Below are positions 38,791 to 51,944 of a stretch of 64,000 bases of DNA, piece by piece (within the stretch, counting starts at the first letter, position 1; each line of letters begins with the position of its first letter). The notes under the pieces are model-generated. The model searched no databases, was not told where the DNA came from, and saw nothing but the letters and a program-made list of their open reading frames with translations. The stretch is from Octopus vulgaris (taxonomy: Eukaryota). The position numbers and the translations under genes were made by a program. Location of the stretch: the NCBI GenBank assembly GCA_951406725.2, contig OX597818.1:110546001-110610000 (forward strand). Reading direction: 5' to 3'.

Positions 38791-40579
38791 GGATGATTGG
38801 AAAGTAACTCGCTATTTTAAAACACGTGAATTATTCATAAATTGTAATTTTTTCTCAAATGTTTTGTGTTTGGTTTTTGAAGTACTATAACTTAACCAGT
38901 AATCATATTGCTCTTGTCGTTCGTGTGACTTCTTTCTCTGGGGTTGTTTAAAGGAACAAGCCTACAGCACCAAACTAAAGACTATGGAAAAACTCGTAGG
39001 GTGAATGCGAGAAGTTGTCTTCCATCGCACAAAAGTTCCTGGTGAAATCACTTGACGCAATCCTTGGGCGACTCAAGAAGATGGTGGCGATATCTGGAGC
39101 CCATATCGATTTTCCAATAAACTTTCATACTAAAAGCTTTCCTCTGGTATCGATTTTTTGGTAAAAATTACAATTTATAGATAATTTATGAGTATTTTAA
39201 AACGGATCACCCTGTATATAGATATGCATATAAAAGGAAAATATATTCCTCTACGTATAAGTTGTAAAATAAAATTCTATTTGTGATCCTGGTGCAATAA
39301 TGCTCTAATGCCTGCTACAAAAATTCAAGTATATCCAGGGAGGCACTCACAATCTATAAAGTAATAGACATTTAATATATCAACCGCGACACACTTAAAA
39401 ATACATGATATGGCGAGAGGGAAAGCAAGCATTGAAAAGAACATGGTCAACAAATTAGGCACAGTTCATGCTTTATGGTACGAACAAGTGATAAGTGAAT
39501 GTGTCTGTTGTGTGTGTTATAAAGCGGCTATACAAGAGACAGGGCATCAATATAGCTTTTTATACATACATCAATAATTCATATAAATATCTGATTCTCA
39601 ACAGCTACGTCGATGTCAACTAAAATAGACCTACATTAACACGTGTTCTCTACGACACAGATATAGTATTTTATACAATTATAAAGCAAAAACTGCATGC
39701 TAGACACAGTCATATATAAATTGTAAATGTAAGCATATTTGCAAAAGGACCGTCTAAAAAATACCCAAAAATAAAAAAAAGAACGACATATTACACAAAA
39801 TCACTAGTCTACATCTATTGAGCAGTTATATAAACATTTAGACAGATATACAAGAGATAGTCAACAGTAAAGAAATTATATTGAAACGTTGATAAATGCA
39901 GAAGGAAAGACAGACTTGATAAAGTAAACAGCGATAAAATACAAATATTGCTATACGTTGGCAAATGTATAGACGTATGTTAAACACAAAAACATGGCGG
40001 CATGTCATTTTTTTTTTTTTTTTATAATAAAGAAGTAATTTTCGATAATGTTATGGTAATGGGCGTAGCGTTATTTTTCTCTATTTTTCTCTATTTTGGG
40101 AAATATAATTGGTTTAAACAGTGATTCGCCACCATTTTTTAAGCTATGGGCCCCTCTGATTACTATTTTATTCAGACAGTCCCCCATAGGTATTCGATGT
40201 TTAAAAACTAGTTTTATAGATACTTCTTTCAAATTTCCTATTTTGTCTTTCACACGTTCACTGGTATCGGTTTGCTATAACAATCTCCGAGAGAACATGT
40301 TTCTATGGCTGGAAACATGTTAAATTATGTGAAGCATTAGAAAAAGAAACCTAGCTGTTTCTTGCCATGAATACATCTACAACAAAACCTTTTCCTGGAC
40401 CCTTAAAATGCTACTGTAAATCCGCAATTTAGTATTAAATGTTAGCAGTTCGGCAAAAGGTTTTACATCAACGTACCCTTAACCGAAGCAGATATTAAAA
40501 CAAACACTAGTTCCAGATGGTCTTATGGTGCACATGTCTACCTTCACGAGTATTTCGATGTCCCTACACTCCATATTAC

Positions 40580-40875
40580 TGGCATTCTGTCGGTTACGAC
40601 GATGAGGGTTCCAGATGACATGATCAACAGAATAGCCTGCTTGTGAAATTAACGTGCAAGTGGCTGAGCACTCCACAGATATGTGCGCCCTTATCATGGT
40701 ACCCAGGGAGATTTGGTGCGACACAGGATGGGATAAGACGGGCCCGTTTGAATTACAGGTACAAATCATTTTTGCCAGCTGAGTGAACCGAAGCAATGTT
40801 AAATAAAATGTCTTGCTTAAGAACACAAGGCTCCGCCGAATATCGAACTCACCACCTTACTATTGTGAGCCGAAT
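40580..40875 (-). mobile_element. SINE family C
   Basis: gtgaaattaacgtgcaagtggctgagcactccacag core. Confidence 0.82.
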
Positions 40876-41111
40876 ACCTATTTCTTGACTGCCCACAAGG
40901 GGCTAAACATAGAGAGGACAAGCAAGGACAGACAAACGGATTAAGTCGTTTACATCGACTCCAGTGTGTAACTGGTACTTAATTTATCGACCCCGTAAGG
41001 ATGAAAGGCAAAGTCAACCTCGGCGGAATTTGAACTCAGAACGTAGCGGCAGACGAAATACGGCTACGCATTTCGCCCGGCATGCTAACGGTTCTGCCAG
41101 CTCGCCGCCTT
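40876..41111 (-). mobile_element. SINE family B
   Basis: Full monomer, inserted in the head of the C copy. Confidence 0.88.
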
Positions 41112-41719
41112 AAAACCACTCACCATATTATTAGGTGACTATTGACTCGCCAGGCTTTGTTTGTCATTTGTCAGGTCTTCATTTTCATGCTGCGGAGTAT
41201 CCAAAGTCGTCCTCTTCACCAAATAATCTGGTTGACGCTTTCAGTTTAGTCGCCGTCACCCCTGACTATGCAACGCTCTGTACTGAGTAACATATTGACT
41301 AATAGCACTCTCGAACCAGCTGGCATTTAATGAATGGATGGATGAATTCTGTAGCTTTTATATATGTTGTTCGGTGAGCACACGTTCATAATTGTGTCTG
41401 TGAATGTGTATGTGAGTGTGTATACGTCAGACGACTTGGTTTACTGGATTATTATGGTACATAAGGTTCAGTAGTTGTGTTTGCGTGCATATACAGGCGC
41501 GCGCGCGTATGTGTGTGTGTAACCAATGACTTTGTGTGTTTTATACATGCGATAATAATTATTTTATCAAAACATCACCACTAACACCACCACCACAATT
41601 ATCATCACTATAGTTTTCAGCAACAAAGCTCATTTCATTTCAGTTCAGTTCAGCTGTTGGTTTATATCTACTTTTTTGCCATCGATATATCTCTACTCTG
41701 ACAATACAAATGCTGTCTA

Positions 41720-41774
<55 letters not shown>

Positions 41775-42159
41775 GTCAATGCCGTCCCTGTCCATCTCTC
41801 TCTATGTCTTTCTTTAACCTCACCAAAAGAACATCACCTTCTGCTAAATATTATATCCTAAACATATCTCTTTCTCTTTACCTTTCGCTCACCATCTCAC
41901 AGCACTTCATTAACACTTCTCTTTCCCTCTTCTCTCTCACCGGTTTTTCTCACCCTTTGCCTCCTCTCCCTTCAACTAACCACGTGATGCATTTGGCCTT
42001 AATGTATTATAATACTCCTCTTTTCTTTCTTATCTACTCACTTTCTTCTGCCCACGCCCTCCCTCTCACTTTTACTGCACCTCTCACTCACTTTACCTCC
42101 ACCTCTCTAACTAACTACTGTGTAGCGGGCGAGCGAACAATCAGATTATCATATGGATT

Positions 42160-42385
42160 ATTAGTTCGTCCGTCGTTGTCGACGATGACGAAGGACATCA
42201 CATGGAAGAATACGGAACACAGTGAATCCGGCCGTGGCCAATCAGTCTGACGCATGCTCGGAAGGATCTGCTGGGGATTGGACACTAATTGTCTGGTAGG
42301 ACAGAAGGCACGAAGTTGGCTCAGGATTTGCTGCAGTCCGTGTTTGGTTTGTGCCCCTTCTCTCCTGTTCTCTATACTCATATAC
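42160..42385 (-). mobile_element. Possible RTE-clade LINE 3' end
   Basis: Minus strand RSFRACVRLIGHGRIHC resembles the C-terminal zinc-finger half (F.ARIGLxxHxRxH) of RTE elements, followed by cgtcatcgtcgacaacgacggacga. Confidence 0.5.
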
Positions 42386-42844
42386 AGACATCACATGTAT
42401 TATATATTCCAGAGCCACATGTTGGCATCAGATGAGCGAAATGCATAAACTCTCCACTTATATACCCTTGGCACACACATACACACGCGCACGCGCTCCC
42501 AGTCATGTGCGCCTTTGTTATCATAATAACCGTATAAAAATAAACGTCCCATCTGACACACATACACGAACACACAAACACACACTCACACACAGAGCAG
42601 GAAACATACACACACATGCACAGATGCGCATACGTACACACAGCCAGACACACGCTCGCTCGCACGTGCACATTGAAAGTGTATAACAGATGGATTCAAT
42701 ATGTTATATAATCGATAGTGTTTATAATGAAGCGAAAACATTCACACGAGAAAAGTCAATTCTGCACACCCACAAAGACACACGCTCACTCACACAGACA
42801 CACATACAGCACACACACACGCTGGCGTGCGCACGCGTCTTTGT

Positions 42845-43118
42845 ACATACATACATACATACATACACACATACATACATACATACATACATACATACAT
42901 ACATACATACATACATACATACATACATGCATGCATGCATGCATACATACATACATACATACATACATACATACATACATACATACATACATACATACAT
43001 ACATACATACATACATACATACATACATACATACATACATACATACATACATACATACATACATACATACATACATACATACATACATACATACATGCCT
43101 GCATGCATACATACATAT
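42845..43118. repeat. (CATA)n microsatellite
   Basis: Tetranucleotide array. Confidence 0.95.
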
Positions 43119-43540
43119 AGAAAACACGTAGTAGTGTCCAAATGGTTTAAGCTCTATGTAAATATATACGCATGCGTATATGTATATATTTAATATAGAT
43201 ATTTGTGTCTATATTACATGTGTGTGTGTTTGTGTGTTTGCATGTGTGTATATCTATCTTTATCTACCTGTCTATCTTTCTCTCTGTCTGTCTATCTAAC
43301 AATATCTTTCTCTATCTATCTTTATCTATCTTTATGTATCTATCTATCTAGCTAGCTATCCATCTATCTATCTATCTATCTATTTACCTATCTACCTTTA
43401 TCTATCTTTATGTATCTATCTATTTCTCTTTGTCTCTCTCTCCATCCATCATTTGAGCACTACTGTGTATTTTCGATACTGTTCATATCTCGGTCTCGCC
43501 TATTGTCTGTATACATATAGATACATACATATATAAATAT

Positions 43541-43694
43541 AGGCTGTGTGGTAAGTAGCTTGCTTCCCAGTCACATAGTTTGGGGTTCAGTCCCACTGCG
43601 TGTCACCCTGGGCAAGTGTCTTCTACTATAGCCTCGAGCCGACTATTGCCTTGTCAGTTAATTGGTAGGCGGAAACTGAAATAAGACCGTCGTA

Positions 43695-43729
<35 letters not shown>

Positions 43730-43930
43730 TTGTGAGTTTGTGTTTCTCTCCACACCATCACTTGGCACCGCTGTTGGTGTGTTACGTCCCCGTAACTTGG
43801 CGCTTCGGCAAAAGAAACCGATAAAATATGTGCGAGGCTTACAAAGAATAAGTCCTGGGTTCTATTTATTCGACTAAAAGCGGTGCTCCAGCATGGCCAC
43901 AGTCAAATGACTGAAGCAAGTAACAGAAAA
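43541..43930 (+). mobile_element. SINE family A
   Basis: Colinear with the 10263 copy. Confidence 0.88.
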
Positions 43931-43953
43931 AATATGTGTGTGTTTGTATACAT

Positions 43954-44011
<58 letters not shown>

Positions 44012-44019
44012 TGTGTATG

Positions 44020-44052
<33 letters not shown>

Positions 44053-44056
<4 letters not shown>

Positions 44057-44359
44057 TATTACATTATATAAAAGGGCTTAGTAAAATAAATTACTTTGCC
44101 GCATACTGAACTCATTAGAAATAGCAGCTAAAAAACTTTTTTAAAACTATTTCTAATACTTAAAGAAAATCTCTCTCATATATAGCGTTTGCTTAATTCA
44201 ACTTTGTGAGTTGAATTAAGCAAACGCTATATATGAGAGAGATTTTCTTTAAGTATTAGAAATAGTTTTAAAAAAGTTTTTTAGCTGCTATTTCTAATGA
44301 GTTCAGTATGCGGCAAAGTAATTTATTTTACTAAGCCCTTTTATATAATGTAATAATTT
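44053..44359. repeat. Perfect palindrome (151-bp arms, 5-nt spacer)
   Basis: 44053-44203 is the reverse complement of 44209-44359. The right arm runs on to (TA)n at about 44447. Confidence 0.95.
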
Positions 44360-44944
44360 GAATTCGCCTTAAATGGTCCCTTTGCATACTGAACACTTGG
44401 TGAAATTGATTAATAATTAATTAATTTTACCCTCAATTGTTGAAATTATATATATATATATATATTTATATTTATGTGTGTATGTGTAAACGTGTATATA
44501 TATGTGTTTATATATATGTATATATATATGTGTGTGTATGTGTGAATGGGTATCTGTGGGGGAGTGTATATGCGTACATTCGAATATAAGACACCCACTC
44601 CATACAAAACCATCCGACTATGCTCACACACGACGCACTTCAATCATCCATAAAGTCAATCAACCGTAAATAGAAGTGAAACGCTAAACGAACCGGTTCA
44701 CTCGCACCACCATAGACACACACACACACACACACACAGCTCTTTTGAATGCATCGTTGATCTTATAGAAAATTGATTTATTTTTCCTGCCTTACATTAA
44801 CAAACCAAACTCAGTCGAAACTTTTCAAAACTTCTCATCTTATCTGTTGTCTGCAGCGAACTTCATCCGGGCTTTTCGTCGGTTGTTTTTTTGTCTCTTT
44901 TTCATTTTTTTTATCTCTTTATTCTTGCAACGAGTAATCTATCT

Positions 44945-45437
44945 TTTATCTTATCTTTCACTTGTTTTAACCATTGGACTGTGGCCATACTGGTGCACCA
45001 CCCTGAAGAATATTTAGTCGGGCGAATCGCCCCCAGTATACTGGGTTTTCTTCTAAGCTTGGCACTTATTCTATCGGTTCTTTTGCCGAACCGCTAGGTT
45101 ACGGGGAAGTAAATACACCAGTACCTGTTGTGTCTGTGTTTGTCCCGCCACCGGTGGGGGGGGGGGACAAACAGAGACACAAAAACACATACATACACAC
45201 ATACATATATACACACACATATATATATATATATATATACGGCGGGCTTCTTTCAGTTTCCATCTACCGAATCTACTCACAAGGTTTTTCTCGGCTAGAA
45301 GCTATTGTGGGAGACAATCTACCCAGAAGATGCAATCATTTCTGATCAAATATTTTCTAACATATACACGAATCGCGCTGCTGAACTCGGTACCCTTTGG
45401 TTGAGAAGCACACGTCTTACCACAGAGCCACTCCTGC
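44945..45437 (-). mobile_element. SINE family A carrying an about 63-bp foreign insert
   Basis: The family pattern is interrupted at 45321-45384 by a copy of 48019-48082. Confidence 0.82.
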
Positions 45438-45659
45438 TACTATTAACCTTCGAATTCAACAATTTTTGTTTCAGCAGCATTTTTAAAACGAATTTTCAAT
45501 TATTAAGAGTAATCTTTAAAATATTTGGACAATATTTTGTAATTAATAATAACATGCAAATAGCATTCTGTTGTTAATTAACAGATCGAGATTAACGTTG
45601 TAAGTTAGCTAATCACTAAATTTGTTTTATGCTATAGTTAACGTAAAAATCCATATATA

Positions 45660-45800
45660 GGCACGGGCGTGTCTGTATGTTAAGAACTTTTTGCGTTCCA
45701 GCCACATGGTTCCGAGTTCAGTCTCACTACATAGCTTCAAGCCAAACGAACCCTTGTGTGTGGGTTTGGTTGAGGAAAACTGGAAGCCCGACGCGTGTAC
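45660..45800 (+). mobile_element. SINE family A 5' fragment (diverged)
   Basis: gccacatggttccgagttcagtctcact...ggaagcccg. Confidence 0.7.
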
Positions 45801-45849
45801 ATACATACATACATACATACATACATACACACACATATATATATATATA

Positions 45850-45930
<81 letters not shown>

Positions 45931-46019
45931 AACTTACTTGGAAAAGGATGCGTGGTATTCGATCATATAATAATATAAATAGTAATCACTCTGCCATCTG
46001 CTCTTTACTTGATGGATTA

Positions 46020-46182
46020 TATTGGTTTCAAATTTTGGCACAAGGCCAACAGGTTCGGAGAAAAGGGTGGACAAATCGATCACGTCGATCCGAGTGCTGA
46101 AGCGATACTTATTAAAAAGATGAAAGGCAAAGTCGGCGGAATTTGAACTCAGAACATAAAGACTCTGCTATCTCGCCGCCTT
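46020..46182 (-). mobile_element. SINE family B (deleted)
   Basis: gatgaaaggcaaagtc...ggcggaatttgaactcagaac...ctcgccgcc. Confidence 0.78.
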
Positions 46183-46547
46183 TACCTGATGAATAATCTT
46201 ACAAAGATTCCATTGTTTTTAGTCGCAAATATGTCGAGCCACAAGTGATATCTTGCAGAGAAAGGCGCTGACAAAATATTCGAAGCTTCTGGTCAAATTA
46301 TGAACAGAACCTTAAGCAATTATTGAAAATAAATAACAATAAAATTAGAATTCATAGTGAATAAGAACTTAATAATGAGATGCAGTAGTTAGCAATTTGG
46401 AATAGTGTAAATATTTTTAAAACAGCTTTTTCACAGCTTCAAGTGTTAGGCGACCAGATGTTTCTGTGTGAAACACACAGTTTGATATAAAATAGAAGAC
46501 TCAGTTTTATATATTTTTAATTAGAAATTAATTAGGAGAATGTAAAG

Positions 46548-46866
46548 TCATGTGGTTTAGTAGTTAGGATATTTGATCGACGATCCTAAAGTCGTGAGTT
46601 CAGTTCTCAGCGGCGCGTTGTGTTCTTGAGCAAGACAATTTATTTCACGTTTCTCCGGTCCATTCAGCTGGCAAAAATGAGTTACACCTGTATTTCAAAG
46701 GGCCAGTCTTGTCACATTCTGTGTCATATTGACTCTCCCTAAGAATTGCGTTATGGGTACGCGAGTCTGTGGAGCGCTCAGCCACTTGCACGTGAATTTC
46801 ACGAACAGGCTGTTCTGTTCATCGGTTCAACTGGAACACTCGTCATTGTGACCAATGTGACGCCAG
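46548..46866 (+). mobile_element. SINE family C
   Basis: tRNA-like head plus ctcagccacttgcacgt.aatttcacga core. Confidence 0.8.
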
Positions 46867-47057
46867 TTTTTGAAGGCTGAGAATATTTCTATCTAGTAAT
46901 TCATCGACGAAAATATATCGAGGTGTACCTTAACTCTACTGAGATATTTATCTTCAAGAGAATTTACTTTCCCCGAATACAAAGTTGAATAAAAATTAGG
47001 AAAGAACAACAGAGCAATTAACACCTTTCGTCCGGAAAAGTCAACATAGAGGCAGGA

Positions 47058-47131
47058 ATGTCTTCTATTGCCTCGGGCTGACCAAAGCCTTGTGAGGGGA
47101 TTTGGTAGCCGGAAACTGAAAGAAGCTCGTC

Positions 47132-47215
<84 letters not shown>

Positions 47216-47420
47216 CTTTGTGTCTGTATTTATCCCCCATCACAACTCGACAATCAGTGTTGATCTGTTTACGCCCCCACCCCATAACTTAACGGTTCGG
47301 CCTAAGAGAACGATAGAATACGTACCGGGCTTAATAGAACACATATTGTAGGTTCGATTCGTTCGATGCCCCATCATGGCCGCAGTCTAAGGGCTGAAAC
47401 AAGAAAAAGAATGAAAGATA
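47058..47420 (+). mobile_element. SINE family A (head missing)
   Basis: gcctcgggctgaccaaagccttgtgag...ggccgcagtc. Confidence 0.82.
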
Positions 47421-47484
47421 AACAGAGTAAAATACAGTAGTACCTCGGTTTTCGGACGCCTTTGATCACGAATACATCATGCTT

Positions 47485-47487
<3 letters not shown>

Positions 47488-47539
<52 letters not shown>

Positions 47540-47667
47540 TGATGATGATGATGATAATAATAATAATAATAATAGTAATGACAATAATGATAATGACAAT
47601 AATAATAATAACGACAATGATAATAATGACAATAATAATAATAATGATGATTATAATAATAATAATG
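47488..47667. repeat. (AAT)n/(GAT)n microsatellite
   Basis: Trinucleotide array. Confidence 0.95.
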
Positions 47668-49204
47668 AGAAAGGTTTGCAGTTTAGAAAGAAAACGGAAA
47701 TATCCTTCCAAAGAAGAAATGATTAGGAAATGAGTGCGATGGAGCAGGGTGGTAGAAACACGGGGATAGTAGACTAAATGCCTACCAGCGTTTCGTTTTA
47801 TCCGTTGAAGCTCTTCTTTTCGGTTTTGATTGATTTCCTTCTTTATTCCTCTAGTTCAGATGAAAGAAATGACAATCACATCCCGGACTCACTTGAGTCG
47901 ATTCTACGTTTTATCCTCAAACGATTAGTTTTGTCAAGAAATAATTAGCAGCAAAAGAAATATTGTTCCATCGGAGGTGAGTATCGAACTGTTTGTGCAG
48001 TAAGTAATTTTGGGAGGCACCTAGAAGATGCAATCATTTCTGATCAAATATTTTCTAACATATACACGAATCGCACTGCTGATTTCTTCCGCAAAATCGG
48101 GACAACTGCGGCCCACCTGAGAAATGAACCCCGCGAAGAGGGTGACCTCTGCAGCGAGTGTCGCTAGCCATTGTCTGCGGCAATGTCTTTGCATTATGTC
48201 CGCGAGACGCTGCTAAACACGCCACTTTTTCTGGGACGTACAGCCCGATACCCTTCCCCCATCTTTTTCTGTTAGCACCCCCGCCATCGTTTTTTTTTTC
48301 TTTTTCTTTGTTTCCTTGATGAGGTAATTATGGATTTTTTTCTCGATAATTTGGTCTTTTATATTTTCAATGTATTTTTTCTCTCTTTTCTTCCTGTAAA
48401 AATATGACGTTAATAAAATCCAATTATAATACGGATTCAGACTGAATCCGTATCATAATTTGATTGATTTATAAAATTATTTGTTAGCATAGTTGGGTCT
48501 TAATACAGTGGAACAATATGAAATTCTCAGAATTCATTTCAGCATTATTTTCTAAAACTAAAGCTTAGTTTTAAAGAAATCATTATATTATTTTTCTTTC
48601 ATCTACTAATCTGGTTTTCATTGATAATTAATAAAAAGATCACTGCACTCCATTTAATATATTTAATAAAAACAGATGTGGCAGCGAGTTAAAGCGATAA
48701 GTCGCCTACTTTAACCCTACTAATTCATTGTTTCTGAGGAAATTCTTACGGAGATGAAGCGTAGAGTCGATTAAAGTGAGCCCAGCATCGGACTGACACT
48801 TGTTTTATCTACGCCGAAGGAAGCCGATCAAAATTTCATAAGAGCTTAAAGGAACGAAACAAAATATGGGCAGGTATTTATTAGAATGTTAATAATCTGG
48901 TGTTTCTCTCACCAAACCACTCTCGTTTGATAATGATTTCTTTTTTGGAGAAACGGTTCGTTTTCTTTGTTTTTTTTTCATAAGATGTCAGTGGTGATGC
49001 ATATATTAATACGATAGTACATTCTTAACTATCCTTTGTATCTCACTAACTCGAATAGAGAAAGATGCACAGTGAGAGTGACATAGAGGAAATGAGACAA
49101 AGGGAGAGGGAGAGGGAGAAAGAGAGGAATAGTCAGAGATAGAGTAGATGGATGAATAAAGACAGAGAGAGAGGGAGAAACAGAAATAGTGTTAACATCC
49201 ACTA

Positions 49205-51456
49205 AATTTCTATGCTTTTACCAATCTTAGGAAGTAATTGTTAGAAATATTTTGAAATTAAACTGGATAATAAGAGCATATTTCAACGAATCGGTTTTAA
49301 TTAGACGCAAACATTTACAAGAAATAAGGAAAAAGAGAAGTTCAGTCAGTACACTGGCTTTTAAAATATTTTCCCTATTATTTCACTGGTTGTTCATTGT
49401 ATTCCGATCTACACAAACTGATTATATATTCAACACATGCAAACGTGCGTGATTCCAACTCGAATCTGCACAATTGTCCGAATGAATATCAGCTAAACGT
49501 TTGATCTTTTGGTATCATAACCATTCACCTGTCTATTAACCACTCCATAATGTTTTATTTAACTAGGCACAATGGGTTTCTCTGTTTCAATGGTTGGTGG
49601 TAATGCTAGTGGCATTCACTGAGAAGTAGTGGCTTTAATCACTTAATGAAACACATTAAATTCGTAAGTTTGAAAAAGAAGAAATACCTTCAACTGTCAA
49701 TCAAAAACCGATCTATGCCTTTACCTCTTCCCTCTCTCCGGCTTTAGTATATTACTCCCATTATGCTAATCAACTTGTGCAAATACAGTGTTAAAACATT
49801 GATAATGATTTATGTTAAATTGCTAATGGTTCAACAACGCTTAAGAGCGGATTTGTTTCCTAACAATAAGCAGTTTGGGTGGGTATCGAACGATGATAGT
49901 GTCACGCTGTTGTCCGTATAGTTGTTGTTGATGTTAATGATGCAAGTGATATGCGTTTTAGTGTTTTATTTATAAAAGAAATCATTAATAAATATTTAGA
50001 TATCTGTTGATAACCCTTGCGACGTGACACTTTCAGAATCTAATTATTGGACATTGATCGCGAATGGTTGTTTCGTAAACGAGTCAGATAGTTTCTTTTT
50101 CTCCCTCTCTGTTCTACTTAATGGCCTGTAATATAACAAGCAAAAGAAGAGGGTTGTTGAACCCAGTTCAATCTATGAAGCAGTTAAATTACCTGTGGTA
50201 GCCATGTCCTCTCATCAGAATAATTTGTTTTGGATTTCATTGCCGCAATATAAAGAGATAATCACTAGATTAATAAAGCAAAAAAGATAATCCCACTCAC
50301 TAGACTCGTTTAACATTTTAGAATCGTTTTATTTTATTTTCGCAATTCCTTCTATCTCAGTTCTCCATCTTTATCTTCAGTTATCATCGAAGAACTAAAG
50401 ATAAGCGATTTGACAAAGAAATCCCGGTATATATTTCATTAAAATTACATAAAAAATGGAATTGAGTTGCAGGATTGCTGTACACAATTAGCTCGATTAT
50501 TCGAGTTTCAGTTGACAGGGTCCAGGAAAATATCCGAAAACATCTTAACGCTTGTTTTAAGAGAGATCATTTATGCTGTTAACTTAATTATGATGTTCAT
50601 GGAAACATAATCTGATGTTGTTCCTTCTCTTTTTTTTTTTATTATCAACAGATATCTAAATATTTATTAATGATTTCTTTTATAAATAAAACACTAAAAC
50701 GCATATCACTTGCATCATTAACATCAACAACAACTATACGGACAACAGCGTGACACTATCATCGTTCGATACCCACCCAAACTGCTTATTGTTAGGAAAC
50801 AAATCCGCTCTTAAGCGTTGTTGAACCATTAGCAATTTAACATAAAACATTATCAATGTTTTAACACCGTATTTGCACAAGTTAATTAGCATAATGGGAG
50901 TAATATACTAAAGCCAGAGAGAGAGAGAGGGAAGAGGTAAAGGCATAGATCGGTTTTTGATTGACAGTTGAAGGTATTTCTTCTTTTTCAAACTTACGAA
51001 TTTAATGTGTTTCATTAAGTGATTAAAGCCACTACTTCTCATTGAATGCCACTAGCATTACCACCAACCATTGAAACAGAGAAACCCATTGTGCCTAGTT
51101 AAATAAAACATTATGGAGTGGTTAATAGACAGGTGAGTGGTTATGATACCAAAAGATCAAACGATTAGCTGATATTCATTCGGACAATTGTGCAGATTCA
51201 AGTTGGAATCACGCACGTTTGCATGTGTTGAATATATAATCAGTTTGTGTAGATCGGAATACAATGAACAACCAGTGAAATAATAGGGAAAGTATTTTAA
51301 AAGCCAGTGTACTGACTGAACTTCTCTTTTTCCTTATTTCTTGTAAATGTTTGCGTCTAATTAAAACCGATTCGTTGAAATATGCTCTTATTATCCAGTT
51401 TAATTTCAAAATATTTCTAACAATTACTTTCTAAGATTGGTAAAAGCATAGAAATT
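49205..51456. repeat. Large inverted repeat: about 810-bp arms, 628-bp spacer
   Basis: 49205-50013 is nearly the reverse complement of 50642-51456, with roughly a dozen differences by eye. Confidence 0.95.
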
Positions 51457-51815
51457 GGTTGAAGTCGATTAACTGTACTCCAGTTCATTTCTGTTACTGT
51501 TTTATGAAACTCGGAATATAAAATGCAAGATCGAATGTGATTTTAACATGTATTATTGCATATCGTTTAATCTGCTTGATTATCTGATTAGCTAATATTA
51601 ACTATTAGATGTATCAAAAAAGAAATACACACACTCCAAGGAAAGAGTGTACATGTAGCTGTTGTCTAGAGAATAAGAACATTATTACATTCGGTTTAGA
51701 AATAAATGTTCCTAATCTAAATCTAATTAGAGACAATTTGCACATCCAAGAATAAGAAACCTGACGATGATCAGAAAGAAAACTGAACGAATCTGAGAGT
51801 ATTGATGTATATGTG

Positions 51816-51854
<39 letters not shown>

Positions 51855-51866
51855 AATAATACATAT

Positions 51867-51938
<72 letters not shown>

Positions 51939-51944
51939 TGCGTG

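Noticed and set aside
40150-40400. Faint Penelope GIY-YIG-like coding traces (also near 16280-16450 and 21470-21720)
   Set aside because: Too decayed to support by eye; it would need a TBLASTN/HMM search.
50380-50430. Possible small exon in the inverted-repeat spacer (cttcag...ccg/gtatat)
   Set aside because: Splice-like dinucleotides alone are too common, the donor is weak and the peptide is unrecognisable.
49252-51409. Two near-identical 66-aa ORFs on opposite strands (MKLNWIIRAY...)
   Set aside because: They are a by-product of the inverted repeat, start at a non-ATG codon and have no recognisable domain.
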